Part shown: positions 34,901 through 49,200 of the stretch, in pieces
Layout: each line of letters begins with the position of its first letter
How positions within the stretch are numbered: position 1 is the stretch's first letter
Assembly (NCBI GenBank): GCA_965285935.1
Contig: OZ260662.1
Span: forward strand, 44,268,001 to 44,332,000
Origin: Ophelia neglecta
Taxonomy: Eukaryota
Length of the DNA stretch: 64,000 nt
Reading direction: 5' to 3'
Translations under genes and position numbers: made by a program
Notes under the pieces: generated by a model
Told to the model about the DNA's origin: nothing
Seen by the model: only the letters and a program-made list of their open reading frames with translations
The model's database searches: none

Positions 34901-37665
34901 AATAATAAGAATTCATATATAAGTTATCAAGACCAAGTGGTGACAATGAAATCTCCATTGCCCAATACTGTCAAAAGCAGATGTAAAATAGTAGCCCAGT
35001 CTGTGGGGATGCCTATCACTGTGGTGATCATGTGACTGATCCCAACCTCTTTATGAGATTCAGCTACATTCGAGAAATAACGATTAGGCCATGAGGTTTA
35101 GATATATATACTATTAGGACCTATGAACGAGAAAGGCCCATGTCCATGGGGAAATCTTTCATTTCCATCAACCCAAAATGGCTGCCAAAATGTAACTAGG
35201 ATTACCATGCGTTTTTTGAACATGTATTTCAAACTTTTGCTTGGTAAACAGCTTCGGTCCAACTGTCCAAGTCCACGTCTAGAAGTATATGTAAATGATT
35301 TGCTCAAAAACACATAAAAAGCACTATACGCAGTTGAATACGATCTTGATTTTGTACCGGATTAATGGAATATTCTCGATTTAAGATTTTTGCCTGCCCG
35401 GTATCCACTTAAAAGTTTTTGGTTGAACCTTTTTAATTTTTAGTTCTTGCTATAATGCACATGGCACTTCATCATATTAAAGAAGCTTTCGGAGTCATAG
35501 TAGTATATTGATTTATGGTAACCGAACAGCTAATCTGAAAACTTATTAAGGAAGTCGTCTGACGTAACGATCCTCCTAAAGGCTCCTGTGATTTGTTTAA
35601 TTTTTTCAGCCCACGCAATTCACCCTTCTTTGCTGGATAGCGACTTCACTTTGGTCCACAAATCATAATCACAGCACCAATTCTGCCATATAATTGACCA
35701 TGTCAAAGGCTTTCACGTCCATTAGGAAGGTCCAAGGAGGTGGACACTTGTCATATGTTTCATAGCTTCTCATGTGATTACAAAGCAGCAGCCGGAGATA
35801 GATAAGCAGCAACGTATAGCTCCAAAAGGAAGATTGTCAAGTAGGACACATTTCTTGTAAGTATTAACAGTTATTTATGATTGCCCGTTACTCACATATG
35901 AAAGTCTCGTACAATAATTAAGCTATTAAAATCTTAAACAAGCCAAAGTGGTACCGTTGTAAAGTTATCGACGTTTTGTCGATTTGTAGCGGATATGGAT
36001 AGGGAGATGAAAGAAAACATTTCGCTGATACAGAATGTGACTTTGACATGGGACAGATACCACCAAGAAACATAAACTAGGTGTAATATAGTATTAGTGA
36101 AATATCAAACACCTGTTCAGAAACTGCAAACAGAATAAAGCATTAACAGCAAATAGCTTATGTAACAAAGTTACTATGAGAAGAATTCCATATCTTTCAA
36201 CGATAATAATAAAAAAACAACACAGTGGCCGGATTTGGATTTGAAAGATGTTATTTACTCATCACTTAGATGTATTCTATATTTATTTCATGAGCCAAAA
36301 TAATCGCCTACCATGCAAGCCTCCGGCCCTACTTGGCCACTCCTAACTGTATGTGACGCAGGATGCCTATTTATGTACTCCAGATTGATACAGAAAACAG
36401 TACCAGCTAACATAGATACCAGGTCGCTGCAATTGTTGTTGACACTGGGATTGGCAATGCAACAGCCACATCAATTTTAATGATTTTGAATAGGGGGACA
36501 ATCCCAGTGAATTATACTAATGGCTGTATTACAGCATGACGTTTGCAGGAGGGTATAATATACATATTGATGTAAAAAAAAGGCCTGCTTCAACAAGCTA
36601 GAAACATTTCCAGTATGGAATATTAACTAAAACAACCAGTCCACCGTTTGGCTAATTATTATAGAGTATACAAACATGTTTGACCCCATTAATAATACAT
36701 AACTTATGAAATATGTATAGAATTGAGTTATTGGATAATTTCATTTCACCAGATGAGTCAGTGTATTAAATATCGTATCCCTTTATTATTTTTTCGTCTC
36801 GTCTGTCCTCAATCACGCTAGGAAGTTTGGGTTTGAGCAAACGTTTGAGAGTCTGTGTATTACCTTCGATCATATTACAAAAGAGAGCAATCCGATTGTT
36901 AACTTGGGCTGGTTGTCTTGCTTACATGGAACTTTTTATTCCCAATTTGACTTGTTTTCCTTTAATATATATATAGCATATTGTCTGGTACTTTCTCCTG
37001 CAGAACTTGCCCCTAGATGAACATGCGTTGCTCAACCCACGGTATCTCATGTCTCAACTGGGAAAAGGACTGTCATTTAGAAGCACACTCGACAGTTTTA
37101 TATGCATGAGCGCATGAATACCTAATGGGAAGGCGGAATATGGAAATCACGGACTATTTATCTTTCCGTAAAGGCTCCTGACGATATATAGCTACAAGAA
37201 TAGCACAAGGCCTATCTACACTCCAGTTTTCTCTCCCGCACTAATTAAAATGAAATCGCTAATAGATGCGAAATAAAAAAGAAACGCTGGACATTAACCG
37301 CTTTTGTGTAGTTCACTTAAATATAAAATTACAAAGCATAACTCACAGATCAATAAATATCTTATTGAAGTAAAAAATAGCCGAGCTGAAGTGTTTTCTT
37401 CTTAAAACCAATCTTAACTGGTTAATGTTCCGCAGGATTATTTTGTTCTTAGCTCGTTTATTTACCCCTATATACAAATGATTTTATTGCCTCCTGTCAA
37501 TAAGAGTGTACATTCATATACTCAATAAGTCAACAGATAATGATGGTTATGTGAACACCGAATAGAAAAAGAAGCAAACTATAAGCGTGACCAAAAAGGG
37601 GAAAAATCTACTTAAGTCGAGATGTTATGGCCATAATAAAATGTTAAAGTTTCTACTTACGACAT
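28992..37665 (-). CDS. Five-EF-hand calcium-binding protein, paralog 2, 195 aa
   Basis: Exons 37665-37661 (ATGTC|GTAAGT), 33657-33493, 30885-30676, 29199-28992 (5/165/210/208 nt), all GT-AG phase 2. Loops DKNNDGRLSAAE, DKDGNGFITLEE, DKDGNGKLDIEE, DKDGNGVLSPDE, DQNQDGSLDKTE. Confidence 0.92.
32178..32394. mobile_element. 217-bp MITE with 8-bp target site duplication
   Basis: TIRs GGCTTTGTGTTAA...TTAACACAAAGCC extending inward imperfectly; ATTCGTGC at both 32170-32177 and 32395-32402. Confidence 0.88.
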
Positions 37666-39229
37666 CTTGGCTTTAAGCTCAAGCGCCCAAACCTTCAATC
37701 TCGATAGGAATTCCAGAGTGGTGGTTTTGGCTTGCGCCTACTTCATATATCTGAAAGTATATGCAAATGGTATAAATACCATTATTTGCAGACCGCCCCA
37801 AAGCTCTTTAATTATTAAGTGGGAGTGGCAATTTCTTGTGGCACAAAGCGCCATGTTATCTTCTGGCGTACAACAGGCATAAGTTGAGCACATGACCGAA
37901 GCTGCTACATCCTCGCCGCTGGGTAGACTAGAAGAGAGCTTGTCTGGCCTCATTCAAATTATGATAACTGTCTTTCGCAGGAACTATTGTTGGAGCTCGT
38001 CTTGGTGGTATTAATGTGCATCAGATTAATTTGATGGCATACGATATCAATGACACAGCGCTCTATCATTTTGTTGCCCAATTTGGAAATTTCAGACGAC
38101 ACGAATCTAAGCAGTTATTATGCTTTAAAATGAAATAAGAAACACGATCTAACCAAACATTGTGTAGAAGCAATCAGACACCTATTCTATTAAACGGCCA
38201 CTCCACGATATTTGGTAAAATATACAAAAAGTAATAGGGCGGATATAGAAATCGGCAATTGATCGTATAGTAATGATTCTCATGGGTCACACACACCACC
38301 AGATGGCAGGACCAAACAAAGGACATCGTCTCCAACAAATTCAGAAGCGTGTTGAGGGAGGTCACATTTCTTTTTCATTTTTTGCCTTTGTTACTCATCG
38401 CACCACTTACTGATACTAATAAATTGTGCAAGAATACTTATCGATTATGCATTTCGCCTGCATACGTGTTGAAAACAGTTTCAATTATGAACTTTAAGTT
38501 GGTGTACCTGCCAGCAGAACTATATGGCTTAAAGAGTGGCGCGATAAACTGATAATATGACTATTAAAAGTCCTATCAAATTAACTTACTAGCAGCTCTT
38601 ATTCAGCTTCCTAATTCTTAGTCATAGAGATTACAAATCGCTTACTTTATTATGCTTAACTTGAAATGTCCTTTTCCTCATTTTATGTCAAATTTCCGTT
38701 ATTGACTAAATCATTTATGCTTACAAATAATATTACCTGTGTTGCCTTTGGTTTACAGCATATATACTAATACAAAGCCCGTGTAGCTTTCCATTTACTA
38801 AACAATTAGTTATTTCATTACTTTGGTTTTAAAATGGTATACATATCATTTTAGCACTATGCTGGAATTTGTCATTATGTTAGACGACACTTACAGGTTT
38901 TCCCTTGATTTATCGGAGTAAAAAGAAAATACGCAATTTTAGTGGCTGTGACCTTTGACCTAAAGAGTCATTGGCTATCTTCTGCGGCCACGTCTCCTTT
39001 CCTCCTTGTTTATACAAACAGCTCATTTGCTGAACAGTTTTAAAGTTCCCTCACACGCCCTAGGCGCCATCCTTCTCTCTATTATATGGCTGTGATTTGC
39101 TATCATTGCAGGCACTCAACAGATAAGACGTCAGGAAGTTTGTCTAGGGTATAGGTAATGCCTTAACTAAAAGCCTAGTTATTCTTCAATTGTTTCCGTC
39201 TGGCCCAGCAGCAGAGGAATTACCGTTTC

Positions 39230-39995
39230 TCCAACACATTGTAGAGGACCGAAACGGCTTTGTGAGGCATCAGAAGGGGTCGAACCAAAGGCCGGGGCCC
39301 CGAAAAAACCAGAACTGAACGATTCTCCTTTGGGCGTAAAATTGAAAAGGTTTGCTATTGGCTGGCAAGAAAAAAAAAACGACCAATCAATATGTAATAA
39401 ACTCAATGAATCATTCTTACGGCATGAAATTAGACTTCTCCATTGAATTCACGGACAGGAAACTCGAAAAAAGCAACCGCGACGTTGAAGAAAGACGTCC
39501 AAAGATTAAGAAGCAAACATAAGCGCGATAGAATAATCACCAAAAGGTCAAGGTCATTTTTCAAAAACTTCTAGTTCAAAAAACATACGAATTCAAGCTA
39601 ACTTTTATAAATTTTCGTCCTCACAAAACATTCATCGAAAAACGGACCTTCATATTTTTCATCAAAAATGCCATCCTTCAGGATGCTTACGTCCATATTT
39701 TCAAATATATATAGCAGGCCATAAAACTACTGCGTTCCATTTTCAAAGGCCGGCCTTGCCAAGGGAGAGTCCTTTCTTCCGGACTAACCACAAGTCCTAG
39801 AGTGTTCACACAAATCAATAAACAAGAATCTCACTGCCCAATCTCACTACCCAGTGAAACTACTGCGAAGTTATCCAGCCAGAAGTAGGAAATGAAAGGG
39901 GACTATACTACTCAGCTCCGCAGGACGACAACAAGACCATCTAAGTCAACAGCAAAACCCACCATAAGAAGATGGATTAAGAAAGTTAAACACTA
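39230..39995 (+). mobile_element. Internally deleted DIRS-type (tyrosine recombinase) retrotransposon relic
   Basis: PLGVKLKRFAIGWQE, GMKLDF, AIE*SPKGQGHFS, then 39673-39822 LQDAYVHI...LLRSIFKG..CQGRVLSSGLTTSPRVFTQI (RT), and 39943-39990 KSTAKPTIRRWIKKV (YR-like). Confidence 0.75.
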
Positions 39996-42900
39996 AGAAA
40001 CATTAAAGTGTGTGTACATGGGTCGCCTGAAATAATGGAGTCTTGGTGACTCGCTGGATAAGACTACTCTACTCGCAACATATAGGGCTAACGTCGACTT
40101 TTAAACGTTTTAAAAAAGTATAATGTCGGACCTCGCGCTCACAAACCAGAACGCGTCACAACCTCGTTAGCGTGGTGTTTAATCCAGTGGTGGTAGGCGC
40201 ATTGAAGCATCCGCCAGATTAACGAGAACAGGAAAGTCGACATCCCTAACACCAAGGATCTTTCCCTGATTTTAAGTCAGAGTTACGAGGCCTGCCTCCT
40301 ATATAAATATAATGCAAGCCGCTTATTGGACAGAGTTATATACATATATTAGTATCGATGTTCTGAGCCAAGTAACAAAAGATGATTTAAGTAGATTGGC
40401 ATCAAGCAAACCGTTCCAGAACGAATTTTTCAAAGTATTGGCCAATAGAATGATACAACACTTATCTATACTTAAATATATTGTATATTTGTATATATAC
40501 TTGAACTACTACTGAATTATATATATTTCTATTAATTAAAATGTCTTTTCTGTTTGGGTTTTGTTCAAATGCATTTACTGCAAGATTTTACGGTCGGATA
40601 GGTCTATTGTGATACAAACTTATAAGTTATAATAGAAAAGGAACCCCAAACACAACATGTAACTTAATAAATATAGTGGCTTTATTATGAAAACGATTTG
40701 TACTCTCAACCCGGTAGTGGCTTCTTCATGACATATTGACAACCAAATTCCAGCTGTTAAAATGGCAAGATATATTAAAGATAATTTTATTGAATTCCAT
40801 TCATACCTTCTTCCATTAAAAGTGAAATCTTGGATGTTATCTCACCAAATTAGTTAATATGATTACACCGACTAAATAACATGTCCTTAACATGATATAC
40901 ATGTATATTCATCAAATATGGTCTTGCAACATTGGCCCTATCGGCAAGAGACAGAAAAAGCAACTGAGCATAAAGATTTTGTCTTGAGATGAAACAAAGG
41001 TGGCCATAGCAGCGTGTTAACTCTCATTGGAGATTCTGGGCCGCAATTAACACATGTCAAATAGACGACTGAATCATGTCACTAAATGGGTATTTCTTGT
41101 TTTCTATTGTAGATCCGTTTGGTCAATGCAATACGAATAATTGAACCTTTCTCGTGCAATATATTTGGGGAAATGTCTTTGTAATGATATATGACAATCA
41201 GCCTTTACTTCTAATCATTTTTTCCACATAAAGGTTATTATTCAAGAAATAATTAGCGCCAATAATTTCCAAACCTATGTTCTTAGGCTCTACGGAGTTG
41301 GGGGTGGGGGCGGGGGGGGGGGGGGGGGCGGGTATCGTCAATGGTGTTTGTCGACAAGAAAACCAATTATTGTAATGCTTTATGATTCAGATGCAGTTGA
41401 AGTCTATCCATAAATAAAACATATAATAAATTCCGCTTGATTCCCAGTTTGGCCTCCTTTAATAGAAGAACATAATAGGCTACTGATAAATCGAAAAAAA
41501 CTCAGTGCATCAGGGCGGAAGAAGATGATTTTGGCAAACCAGAACAGTTAAATCCTTGAGAGTTAAGACGAGGCTCCATCCAGAAAGCAGCCCCCAATGA
41601 ATAAGGAAAAATGTTGCATTTTTTTTATAAAGAAAACACCTCCAGTGCAAATTGTCTGTCATGGAGCGATAATTGGACAACGAGGCGTTTAATTTTCTAG
41701 TCGGTTGAGCTACAATTATAAGCCAAGCCTCTAGGCAGGCAAAACAACTACATTTGTATGTTTAGAATGCATGGTTTTCCACTGGGGTGCTGTCATGCAT
41801 TTATATTATATTTGTATAATTACTTTTGCCGTTAAACACGGCATTTGCACCGATCTAGCAGAAATAATGAGTAAATACCAATGGATGTGTTCGCCATATT
41901 TGGCACTGGAACTAACCATTGTGTTAGATTGTATAGTGTAAAACTGGTTTAGAGGTTACTTGTAAGCTCAATTTAGACTTAAATTTAGGATACGTGCTTC
42001 TATAAACATAGAAACAGTATTCACCAGATCTTTAGGATTCTGATATAGGTTTTATGATATCATTCATATTCGTATATCATTCATTAATATCATTTGATTT
42101 ATATCTATATGTGTAGAGACAACTGGAAACTGAAATACCATGTGTGTATGTTTCCGTAATCACATAGTACGCTATCTTAAGACAATAACAATAGTACAGG
42201 AAAATGGTGCAAACATATACGCTCATGGTTTTCAACAACATTCTAGACACACAAAAAAACTATTTCAGCTCATTCCTTTTTACCAAATCTCTAAATGGCC
42301 GATTACCAAGCTACTTTAGCTAGTGGACAGGGGACAGGTTCTTGGGGCGATTTGGGGGGCATGTTGGTCTAATGATCTGGGAACTAGTAAAAACGGAAAC
42401 AGATGACATGTTGGACTTTATTACATAATAAACTCATCAAAGGGAAAGTGGGAACAAGTTCCCAGATAAAAAGAAGACAGTTTGACCTTTAGTTGTTCCA
42501 TAGATGCCATGTGCATCGATGAGCTACAACTATTTTTTCTCGGAGCCTGTCGAGCTAAAATGTAAATAAATCATGGCGTGCATCTACTAACAGCGAACCA
42601 GGGAAGATGGCAGAACTAAGCCTGAAGAATGATGTGATTTTCAAAGCTCATTGAAAAATGTGTGCTTATATGAGGCACATTCCTTTGGGATTTAAATTTC
42701 CCATGAACCTCTTGATGCCTTCAATAGCAGGCACTTCTTGCTTCGACTTTACTTCAAACGGCCATCTTGCTTGATTTCGCCACTTTTGGAAGCTCATAAC
42801 ATGAGTGTTACAGCAGACTCAAATTTATATTTGTACATACCATCACTGCAACGAACAACACTATAATATTATTATTTATATTAATTATCGATATGATTGA

Positions 42901-45900
42901 GAAGAAATCGCATGATTAAAATATAAAATTGTCTATGCACAAACCCTAGCATATTTCTAGCCTGCCACAGACGATTGTGTGGCGGTCCGTATAATTCTTC
43001 TTCAGTATTTTTTAAACTTTTTCCCCTGCATATATTCAATATATACATGGTAAAAGGCAAAGCAAAAATGAAGAAAAAATATTCCGACTCGTTCGCCTGA
43101 GCTGCAAGCACTAGCCCTGGCTGAATTACACTCTGTCGTTTGCCCTCAACACATATATACTGGGGGACTTGGGGTGTTTTGATAACCGTTCGACCGATGT
43201 GCTTGTGCTGTGGGTTTGCAGCTGGTATAGCGCCTTTCTGTCAAACTCGTTTAAGTCCTAATTTGTCACCGATATCTCTGACTGTGGGATTCAATTCTAG
43301 CTACTGTAATGATATATGCATAGTGTTGTAGGCCTATATCGCTTATAAAAATGCTTGGATGTTGACATGCTCTCCCGGTGACTCCAAATTGCCTGACATT
43401 TCGGGGGCTGGTCTAATGCAATTTTAATACTAAAACCTGATTGCCTTCGTATTGCCTTCCGTAGGCTGACATTCTTTTGCGAGCAGTTCAGGTTCGCGAT
43501 ATATTCCTGGAACAAATTAAAGATTTTTTGCACAAATGGGATGTACAGGCCTGTTTTGTTGCTTAATAAGGACAAAATAAGATTTACGATTACTTAATTT
43601 GACCGTATATAACGGCTTTCTACTTGATATTAATGCACAGCGTATATAGGCCCTATGTGCTCCATAATGCGGTTTGCGATTAAGTGAGTTTGTAAACTTG
43701 TACCGTGTATTTTTATAGTCATTAAATGGCTCTCAGCAGATTGTCCTACATTACCGTATCAGTATTAGTTAATAAGGTCAAATGGGAGAAATGCCAGCGT
43801 TGCTTTGGCGAGGGACCGGACAGAGCGAGCAACACCCGACCTAGAGCCTACGAGGCCCTGGGGAATAATTTATTGTGGCATATCCCGTCATTTCTCCTCT
43901 TCTAAGAGAGCGTAATGCGGTCTAAACCAATTTAACCAGCGCATGGCCTCTCCAAAGACCGACCACTTCCACCCAACATCCTCGCTCATGTACCATCTAA
44001 TCCGATTGAGCTAGTGGATTTGTCCATTATTGGTGACCAGGCTTATCTGGCTGGGCTCCAAACTGGTTGAGTTTGTAAGCCGACCATACCATGGCCGGTA
44101 ACAGATGGAGATGGCGGCGCAGATGGTGGTGATCCCATGGGCAACATACGTACTTCATCCCCACATGCACGTTGAGTGATTTATCCTCAAGTAGTTGAGA
44201 AACAGTGATGAGATTTTCCCTAATGTCAATTAAGCCCTAGCAGTTATTAATTTACATAGACCGGTCGATCGTGAGTGCGAACGTCGTTTTCTGTACATAC
44301 TGCAATCTATGTTTAGACAGGCGACATCTATCTAACATTTATATAAATATTCACGTGGAAGCCTTCGAAACGTACCGACTCCTAAATGCCTATAAGTCAT
44401 AAAAGATTTAGTCCCTCAAATTGATTAATCAGGGGTGAAGCCTATTCGTAGATACGATATAAGCATGGTACCTGCCGTGCTATAGACATGATGGATATGG
44501 TCAAATCATTGGTGTTATATTCGGAGCCCTGTTGTATTGTTGTTTTGCAGTTCGTATGACTGTAAATAACTTGTTTTGCGTTATAGTAGGGTTTCAAACT
44601 TTTTTGCCATGCCAAGCGAAAAAATACGATTGTGAGTGTGAGTATGTGGAAACGAGTGCATTTACACGTTTTCCTTGATAATGAGGGGAATAAGGTCATA
44701 AATCTTGCAATTAGGTACAAAATGGTGAAGCTTGGCATTCATATGTCCTAGGGTGCCCTCGACTTTTTCTGACCGGGGCCATGCTGAAACAGTGAGACCC
44801 ACCTTTTGGGGGAACATAAGGGGGGGATTCAGTTATTTCAACTTGACCTTAAAAATCAGACCCAAGATCGCGCTCAAGATCTCCACGTGATCATTTTCAT
44901 GGTCATCATTTGGATGTCTATATTGAATCGTTAGCAATGAGGAGTTTAAGAAGATTTAAGTTTAATGATTATCGTCGTTAGAATCCCTGCATGTATAATA
45001 TGAATAATATGATATGATATACTGTTAAACCATAAGAATGCGCTGAAAGTTTTTAAATCAAAATTTGACCATAAGAGGTCCAGGTCAAACTAAAATTCCT
45101 TTAAATTCCTAGTGGTTGAGTTTCTTGAAATAAACGATCCATCGATATATATATATACCTTGTACTGTTCAGGATATAGGCCTAGAGTATTTATAAAAAT
45201 ATCAATTTCCTAATTTAGGCTTGAAATTAGAGAAAATGTCAAAATCCTGGATTCGTTGCATATGAATTCCTATTATTGTTCAAAACATTTGACCTGTCTA
45301 TCTTTCACCGTTATGACAGCAGAAGGCATTCCAAATTTATTGTCAAGAAATGAAAATTAGTTAGACTTTTCATTTAAGTCATCAAATCAGATCAAATCGC
45401 TAAGGCCTAATCTTTTTAAAAACTGTCCTTTAAAAAGGGAGCAAGGGATTGACATTAAAATTAAGGTCACAGTGGCATATTCTATATACATCGGAAGGAT
45501 TGGAATGAATAATGGAGGCATGTGTATGGATAATGTGGTAGGGCTGGAGGTTTGTGAAAAAAGGGCAAAAAGAAGTAAGTGTGGACAAATAGTCTGAAGG
45601 TTTCGATGAACAATAGTTTTGGGTTTTTAAGCTGAGTTAAAAAATGCAGCTGATATGTACAGTTTCAGTAAACGACCTCCCTATTAGTCCGAACAAAATA
45701 CCCCCCCCCCCCCATTGGTTCCAAATAAATCAATGAACCCCCCACCCCCTCCCCTAAAATTTCCCGGACCCCTATCCGGTAATTAGTGACCGGCCCCTGA
45801 ACAAACGGAAAAGCAAAATATTAACCCAAACTATCCAAAATAACTGTGCAAGAGATCAAATAGTTAACCAGCAAGTATAAAAAAAAATATCAGGAAAAAC

Positions 45901-46261
45901 ATCAACAAGGCCCAATACAAGAATTGTTAACTAGAAAAGGAACCAGCTTTTAGGCAAATTAAATCACTATCTTAATTTACGGTTGATAACGGCTGAACAC
46001 TTTCGCATCTGACTTGAAGAAACAGGTCCTGCATACAGAAAAGCCACACTTATGTGCAATTTAGGCGCTGTTGTAGACGTTGCTTGTTTAAGTAGTCTTT
46101 GCACAAGCGGAAACATGTAAAACTGCACTGTGCCTAAAGAGTAAAGGGGTCCGAGTTATTTGTCTCTTCGCACAGCACTTGCAAATTACATTGGAGAACC
46201 CAAATGGAAATATTTGTCCAAATTTTTGTGTACAAATATTAGGCTGTCATTTGAAATATAT

Positions 46262-46296
46262 TTTATTATTATTATTATTATCATTATTATTATTAT
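46262..46296. repeat. (ATT)n microsatellite
   Basis: Directly visible run with one ATC interruption. Confidence 0.85.
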
Positions 46297-49200
46297 CCAA
46301 TATCGCCGAAAGAAGCATTCTACTTCATTCATCTGCAGCTGACCCAATCAGGTGGTAATGATTATTTTCCATAGCCGGTCTATACTACAGCTCTAACGTA
46401 ACTATAGGTAGTCTTATATTATAACGTTTCATTTTTTAAAGTAGGCCTATGATATTGTTGCGGTTAAAACTCTCACAAGGCAGTCGTGTAATCTATTTTT
46501 CATTCTACCAAGGATATGTTTATTAACCAGATACCAAACCGAGGTTGTGTTTTTAGTTCGATTTCCCTAACCAAGGGCACCTTTTTTCTCTATGCAAGGG
46601 TATTGTTTCGGACCTCCAGCTGCACACCCGTAGGCAAACTTGCAAACTGTTTGGACCCCCCCCCCCCATCCCTGCGGGATATTTTAAATTGTACTATACT
46701 CAAAATACCACGGAAGCTATAAATATGGAGCTTCAATGATTAATGAGCCAGCGCAGGTTAATCACCGTGCGTCTGGAATGCAGGTGCTGTGCAAACTGAA
46801 TGGCCAAACAAGTATTTCAGTGTTATAGAGATGGATGAGATTACCGTGTGTATGGAAATTAAGAAAGGTTTGTGCAAATCAATGAAACAATATGAAATAA
46901 GCACTGTGTGCTCGCGGAATGGCCCCGGTGATCTGAGTAAAAACACTCGCGTTGAAGTATAGAGTTTCATTTTACATTGATTGATCGCATGTTAGAATGT
47001 CGATACACCTTCAATAGATGGTCTGGCCTGGTCTGGCCATCCACAAACCCCTGATCATCTGTCAAAAGAACAAGGGGTTCGGCACCACCAATGGCTCATA
47101 AAAAACAGTCTATTCGGCGGTACATTGTCTTCTATACGTTTCCTTACTTTGAACGTGGCAACCTCATGTATCAGCGATGACCTCGCCAGGGTAAAACATC
47201 GATTACGTACGAAATTCGGCTCTTTTTGGAGTATTTCATCTTCATTGTGTCGAAAACGAAGGCACGATCGCACCATCTCACTTATTAGATGCCACTAAAT
47301 CCTCACTAGCGCTCTTTATCTTTAATAACATGACCTTATTTTTAAACGGTCCTTGTTATTTTAACAGGTTATACATCCTATGCTGTCATGTAATAACACA
47401 TAAGAACCTGTATATAACGTGGCCTAGGGTTATTGGAAGCTGTAATATTTCTTCGTTGAATATAGGCAGGAGGAACCGACTATCGATTGTTGGTTGTGTA
47501 AGTAGTACAGGAAGGGAACAGACGACTCCTTTTCCGTCCTCCACGTCTGATAAGCAGTGGCAATCACAGCGGCGAGGCACTTGAAATAGGCCTACTTGCG
47601 TTGGCTTTAATATTCCGTTTTACAAAAAAGCCCCATGAATAGAACTGGGAGTTTTTTATATTGCTTTGATCATGCATGTTTATGTTTTTGCCGTAACTTT
47701 TTCAATGCCCATGCATGTTTTTCCATCCTTCATCAGAATCTACTGCAACATGCCTACCAGTGGAACGTGTTTTTATGTGTTTAGACTCTTGTTGTCCTAA
47801 TAAGTGGGTATTGTGTTCAATTTAAGAGTAATGCAAACTTATAGAGTGTGGATAGTATGTTTCCATTAATGATAAACTTGTTTAAATAGGATGAGATTGG
47901 GGAGAGGGTGGTGGTATTTTTGTGATCATGAATGGCACAAAAATAATCGTAAGGCATGAAATAATCATTTTGCACAGCATGGATCGCGCCCGTGAATCAA
48001 TGATTGCCCATGAAATGGAAATATAATTTTTCGTTAACAGTAAAGAGGCGAACTTGTTTGATGTGGATTCTGAAAGAAAGATTTTTCTTTTTAATGTCAT
48101 GTGAACCGAGAAATGAGCACTTTTAAATGCCGTGACCCCCCCCCCCCCGGCGCCCCCCCCCCCCCGCCATTTAGGGGGCATTTACCATCTAGCGGAACCT
48201 TTTAATAGGCCTGACCTATATACCGACTGGCCTTCTTCATCTTGATGGCCTGGTCCGTTACAAAGATTAGCGGAGATTAGTCTCTAGCGTTCCTTATGTG
48301 GGCATAATTCCACTAAATTCTTCTAGGAAAGAAGTGTGTCAATCGGTCGATTTCGTAGTCGGCGTGGTCAGCTGATAAAGACCTAAAATGTATCAATTTT
48401 ATTACACCAGGGAGCGCGAATGGCCACAGCACGTGACATGGCTGAAGAATTGTGGCCAGTTCTACTTCAAGCTCAGAGTCTCCATAATCCTTGATTTAAA
48501 AAGGACCCTGAAGACATCTTACAACAGGATTTCCCAATGACACGTACACGAGAACCCCGAATGCAGGGGTTTGTTAGCTATATTTAAAGTGTCTTCTTCC
48601 AACAAACCGTAAACCCTAGAGACATTGAGCTTACACGGCCGTATAGACGAGACACTCTTATGCGATCTCTTCTCGTACTATTTCGCCTGAAGCTAGCCAA
48701 TCGCGAAATTGAAATCACGAGGAGAGTTGACCTGATGGCTAGCCGCCGACGAGGTTGTCATCTTCTGCTCAAGGCTGTTGCTAATATATTGTCATTTCAG
48801 ATTAAAGAAAACAGACAGGGGCTGTATCAAGCGCAAACTAGCCGGTCCTAATGAAATAATGGAATTTTAAAGATGAAGTACCTCGAACGCCATATTCATT
48901 TCAGAGCTTATACACTATTCAGGTTTAACGATAATTCACTTTGCTGCTCGTTCTCTACTACACACATTTTCTTTTAGGTGGATCAGTGTTAGAAAAATCC
49001 AATCTTACTTGTTTTTTTGTGTGTATTCTCAATATTCTAATAAGCACGTGTATGGTCGCGTCAAGAGTGTCGTTAGCACAAAGCGTTTTAGAAAAGGCCG
49101 AAAACCAATCATGGCCCATTGTCCTAACAGATCATGTCATGATGTTCAACCGGAAATCTAATAAATCGCAGCTTTTCTTTCATAATTTAAGCGCAGACGG

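Noticed and set aside
42285-42860. Possible Helitron/Crypton-associated non-autonomous repeat
   Set aside because: Only a general resemblance; no second copy or termini in the window.
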